Assembly (NCBI GenBank): GCA_964014485.1
Contig: CAXHAT010000019.1
Coordinates: 1 to 57,009, forward strand
Reading direction: 5' to 3'
DNA length: 57,009 bases
Source of the DNA: an uncultured Deferribacteres bacterium
Lineage (GTDB): Bacteria; Zhuqueibacterota; Zhuqueibacteria; Zhuqueibacterales; Geothermadaptataceae
The notes under the pieces are model-generated. The model saw only the letters and a program-made list of their open reading frames with translations. It did not search any database and was not told the origin of the DNA. The translations under genes were made by a program, and so were the position numbers. Shown piece by piece: positions 53,940 to 57,009 of the stretch. Positions within the stretch are counted from its first letter, which is position 1, and every line of letters starts with the position of its first letter.

Positions 53940-55777
53940 GCTGGCTCCTTGACATATCTTTTTGCCAGTTTATGGAAGAACCAGGCAAAGCCCAGGGCGC
54001 CTACGCCTGTAAACAAGTTGATCAGCAAATCGTTTTGACTGGCTGAGAAAAAACTGAGGACGATTAGCAAAACGCCAATGACGGCGGAGAGAAGGGCGAC
54101 AATGTTGTAGGCTCGAATGCTTTTGACGTCCAGCTCGGCCCCGTCATCATAAGCCGGGGTGCGCAGATTCTTGTCAAAAGCCGTAAGACGATCAATATCC
54201 GGCTGACGCCGATTTGGCCACTTTGCCGAAAGCAACAGAACAGAGAGACTCACGGCGACGCCAAAGAAGATGTTCAATTCAAATTTGCCGAAGCTGATCA
54301 AGCCTAATTGAAAAGTGACGTCAGCAAAGATATCTCCGAAAGTCGCCAGGGTCTTGCCTCCCAAGACAGTCGCCACGGCGTTCATAATAAATGTGGCGAC
54401 GATCCCCGCTGAAGCTGCGGCCATTCCCGACCACCAGGGTGATTTTCGAAAAACCATGCCGAACATCACTGGAACAAACATCGACGGCGTTGTCATCGAG
54501 TAGATTTGCATGTACAAATCAAACGAACTGCCGATGCGCTGGAAAACCAGGGAGAGCAGGATCGATAAGACGCCCACCGTCAGAACCGTCAGCTTGCCGA
54601 CAACGAGTTGCAGCTTGTCAGAAGGCGCCTCGCCATTCTTGAGACGCTTGGAAATTGGAACAAAGACGTCTTTGGTGATGACGGCAGCGAGCCAATTGAA
54701 GGTCGAATCCGCCGAACTCATGCTTGCAGCAAGGATTGCCGAGACGACCAGACCAAGAAATCCGTGTGGCAGGATAAAAAGACACAGACTGACAAACGAA
54801 GCTTCGTGCGGCGCTGTCAGTTCCGGCCAAAGGGCGCCCAGATCCGGAAAGATGACTTTCGAAACCAAGACCGGCATGACCCACATGATTGGGGCAATGA
54901 GACCCAGAATGGCGCAAAAGGCTGCCATTTTTTTGGTGTCGCGTTCGTCGGCAATGGCGTAGTAGCGCTGCCCGATATGCCAATTGACATTGTAGCCAAA
55001 GCTGTTCATGAACCAGAACGCGCTGATGTAGAGAAAAGAAATCTCTCCCGCGGAAAAGCTCAGGTAGCCGGGAGGCGCCTGTTGAGAAAGTTGAGACATG
55101 CCGGCGAAGAAATTGCCGTCTCCCAGGTAGATGAACGCGACGGGGAAAACGACCAGCGTCATCAAGAACATGATGATGAATTGCAGCGTATCCGTAATCG
55201 CCACAGCCCAGAGCCCGCCCAGGACGGTGTAGAGCAGCAAAACAAAGCCGATGGCAATCAGCGTCACTTCAAATCCGGTGACGGTGAACAGTCCCAGATC
55301 AAACTCTCTGGCGCCAAAGCCAAAAGCACTGGAGACGAAAATACACAGGGTGTAGATCAGCGTCCCCATCAGCAGAATATTCGGAATGACGGCGATGATG
55401 CTGTAGAAATAGGTCGTCGACTGAGAATAGCGTTGCGTCAGGAGTTCCATCGGCGAATCGATACGGGCCCGCCGCCAGAGTTTGCCATAGACGAAATAAC
55501 CCAGCCAGTAAGCGCCGAAGGACGATGTAAACATGTAGACGCCGGAAATACCGTTCTTGTAGGTAAAGCCGGAAGCGGAGACGAACATGAAGGCGGAAAA
55601 ACCGGAGACAAATAGCGAAATGCCCGAGATCACCCACGGCAAGCGGCCGCCGGCCTTAAAATAGTCGTTCGTCTTCTTGTTGAAGCGGGCGAAGTAAACG
55701 CCGACCGATCCGACCAGGAAAAGGAAGACAATGATAATCGCGTAATCGAGGCCGTTTAGATGCTTGAGCTGTGGCAT
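53936..55777 (-). CDS. Sodium:solute symporter (SSS family)
   Basis: DYFKAGGRLPW, YTVLGGLWAVAITDTLQ, QRY, LAASMSSADS; many TM helices. Confidence 0.93.
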   Translation of the reverse strand: MPQLKHLNGLDYAIIIVFLFLVGSVGVYFARFNKKTNDYFKAGGRLPWVISGISLFVSGFSAFMFVSASGFTYKNGISGVYMFTSSFGAYWLGYFVYGKLWRRARIDSPMELLTQRYSQSTTYFYSIIAVIPNILLMGTLIYTLCIFVSSAFGFGAREFDLGLFTVTGFEVTLIAIGFVLLLYTVLGGLWAVAITDTLQFIIMFLMTLVVFPVAFIYLGDGNFFAGMSQLSQQAPPGYLSFSAGEISFLYISAFWFMNSFGYNVNWHIGQRYYAIADERDTKKMAAFCAILGLIAPIMWVMPVLVSKVIFPDLGALWPELTAPHEASFVSLCLFILPHGFLGLVVSAILAASMSSADSTFNWLAAVITKDVFVPISKRLKNGEAPSDKLQLVVGKLTVLTVGVLSILLSLVFQRIGSSFDLYMQIYSMTTPSMFVPVMFGMVFRKSPWWSGMAAASAGIVATFIMNAVATVLGGKTLATFGDIFADVTFQLGLISFGKFELNIFFGVAVSLSVLLLSAKWPNRRQPDIDRLTAFDKNLRTPAYDDGAELDVKSIRAYNIVALLSAVIGVLLIVLSFFSASQNDLLINLFTGVGALGFAWFFHKLAKRYVKEPA

Positions 55778-55984
55778 AGGCTCGTCTGGCTAAAAACGTC
55801 TACCGAAATATTTGCTCAGTCTAAGGGCGCGAGTTGTTGGAAACAAAACTTTTCTGACTGTGATTCTTCTTCCGCGGGAATTGCGCGTTTTATGCAATAA
55901 CGTCGCTCCAGATGTGCGAACGGGGCGCGATTCTCTGTCCGTACGGCTTGGAATAGCCAGACTTGTTCGGAAGGAGAACACCCT

Positions 55985-56812
55985 TCATTTGTCCCGCTCG
56001 ATAAACAACAAATCTTGCCAGGCATTCGCAAGAACTTCGGGAAGGTCGAAGTCTTCCGGGCGTTCTACGACGCAATTTTTGACAAATTCAATCGAAGCAT
56101 ATTTCACTGTTTTATGCTGTTTCATTTCTGAAAAAAGACGGGGATAGTCAATGTCGGCGTCTTGCAGAAGGCAGAATGCTCCATCTTTCCGACCCTGGAG
56201 ATGAACGTGAATGATTCTGCGATTGAAGCGCGCGAAGTCATCCAGCGCTTTGTCTGTCCTTTTGAAGTCGAAAGGCTGATAACACAGCAATATCTCTTCT
56301 GCTTTTTCGTAAGAGGAAAAGAACTTCTCGCATGATTCGGCAGAGTCGAACAAAGTATTTTCGTGCATTTCGCCGATCATTTGAAGTTTCATGCTGCCAG
56401 CGTGCGTCAGCATCCGATCCAGGAAGGACAATGATCTTGCCTGCGTTTCTCCATCAAGATCGTGTGGAGAAAAACGCCCCAGCCAGATTTTAAGGTTTGC
56501 GGCCCCGAATTCTTTCGCCGCTTCACACATTTCGGTGAAGAGACGAAATTCGTCTTCGGCGGCCCGTCCGTCAAAATGCAGTTGCGGGTATAGGCCAAGA
56601 ATCGGGACATTTAATCCGAGTGATTCTATCTGGCGGCCGTATTCACGAATCTGCTGTTTCGACTCCCAGGAGAGATGATATTGCCAGATTTCGAGACCTG
56701 TAAATCCCGTCTCGGCGATTTTGGGCAGCAATTCATTTAGGGCAAAATACGGTTTCTTTTGCTTTGTCCACCGATTGGGTTCGAGGGCAATGGTGTTCAA
56801 CAAGATCTGCAT
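55985..56812 (-). CDS. Sugar-phosphate isomerase/epimerase (xylose-isomerase-like TIM barrel)
   Basis: GFTGLEIW, EMHENT, IHVHLQG, DIDY, SIEF; ATG is the reverse complement of cat at 56810-56812 and stop is tca at 55985-55987, so minus strand despite the ORF-track label. Confidence 0.85.
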   Translation of the reverse strand: MQILLNTIALEPNRWTKQKKPYFALNELLPKIAETGFTGLEIWQYHLSWESKQQIREYGRQIESLGLNVPILGLYPQLHFDGRAAEDEFRLFTEMCEAAKEFGAANLKIWLGRFSPHDLDGETQARSLSFLDRMLTHAGSMKLQMIGEMHENTLFDSAESCEKFFSSYEKAEEILLCYQPFDFKRTDKALDDFARFNRRIIHVHLQGRKDGAFCLLQDADIDYPRLFSEMKQHKTVKYASIEFVKNCVVERPEDFDLPEVLANAWQDLLFIERDK

Positions 56813-56890
56813 GGAGATTGATTTCCTTTGAGCTTTTGAAACTCATTTTCGGTGCTGTGTCGTTTAGTTTGGATAAATCGGTTCAACTAC

Positions 56891-56995
56891 TTACGCCGAA
56901 GGCGTTATACTCCACAGCCCACGGCAGCCGCCCGCGCCGGGCGGCTGCCGTGGGATAAGTATTCGGAAATTCATAAACCCTGCAAGGGTTTTACA
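56891..56995. repeat. REP-like element with three hairpins
   Basis: acgccgaaggcgt; perfect 17-bp stem cccacggcagccgcccg-cgc-cgggcggctgccgtggg (56918-56954); aaaccctgcaagggttt. Confidence 0.75.
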
Positions 56996-57009
56996 AAAGA
57001 GGTTTTACT

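Noticed and set aside
26790..57009. Catabolic region as a recently acquired genomic island
   Set aside because: No integrase, tRNA or att repeat seen, and it carries the same REP families as the left part; composition could not be computed

Overview
Bacterial chromosomal window; the gene content suggests an FCB-group/KSB1-like organism, which is inference only. Left part (1-18.5 kb): tesB, a TM2 protein, a compact clade II nitrous-oxide reductase cluster (cytochrome c, nosZ, nosB/nosL fusion, no nosDFY), ftcD carrying an inserted C2H2 zinc-finger motif, hydrolases, an orphan ECF ATPase and a TonB-dependent receptor. Middle (19-26.8 kb): five co-directional exported proteins of unknown function (degenerate NlpC/P60-like lipoprotein, Pro-rich TonB-like protein, TPR-like protein, two paralogous helical proteins), interrupted by a RelE/XRE toxin-antitoxin pair plus a chimeric HicB, followed by an intact-looking IS630 with a -1 frameshift site. 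Right part (28.5-56.8 kb): a ~28 kb, almost entirely minus-strand glycan-catabolic locus with four heparinase II/III-like proteins, several unclassified exported enzymes, a Na+/solute symporter, and an unusual cytoplasmic set (UxuA, SDR, RraA-type aldolase, AKR, Gfo/Idh/MocA, TIM-barrel isomerase, creatininase-like amidase, MetE-II-like Zn enzyme, sulfotransferase) with an AraC regulator. Intergenic spaces hold many REP/MITE-like palindromes, some nested and two with 8-bp target duplications. All family calls come from motifs read by eye; no searches were run. The supplied ORF track mislabels 55985..56812 as plus strand; it is on the minus strand.
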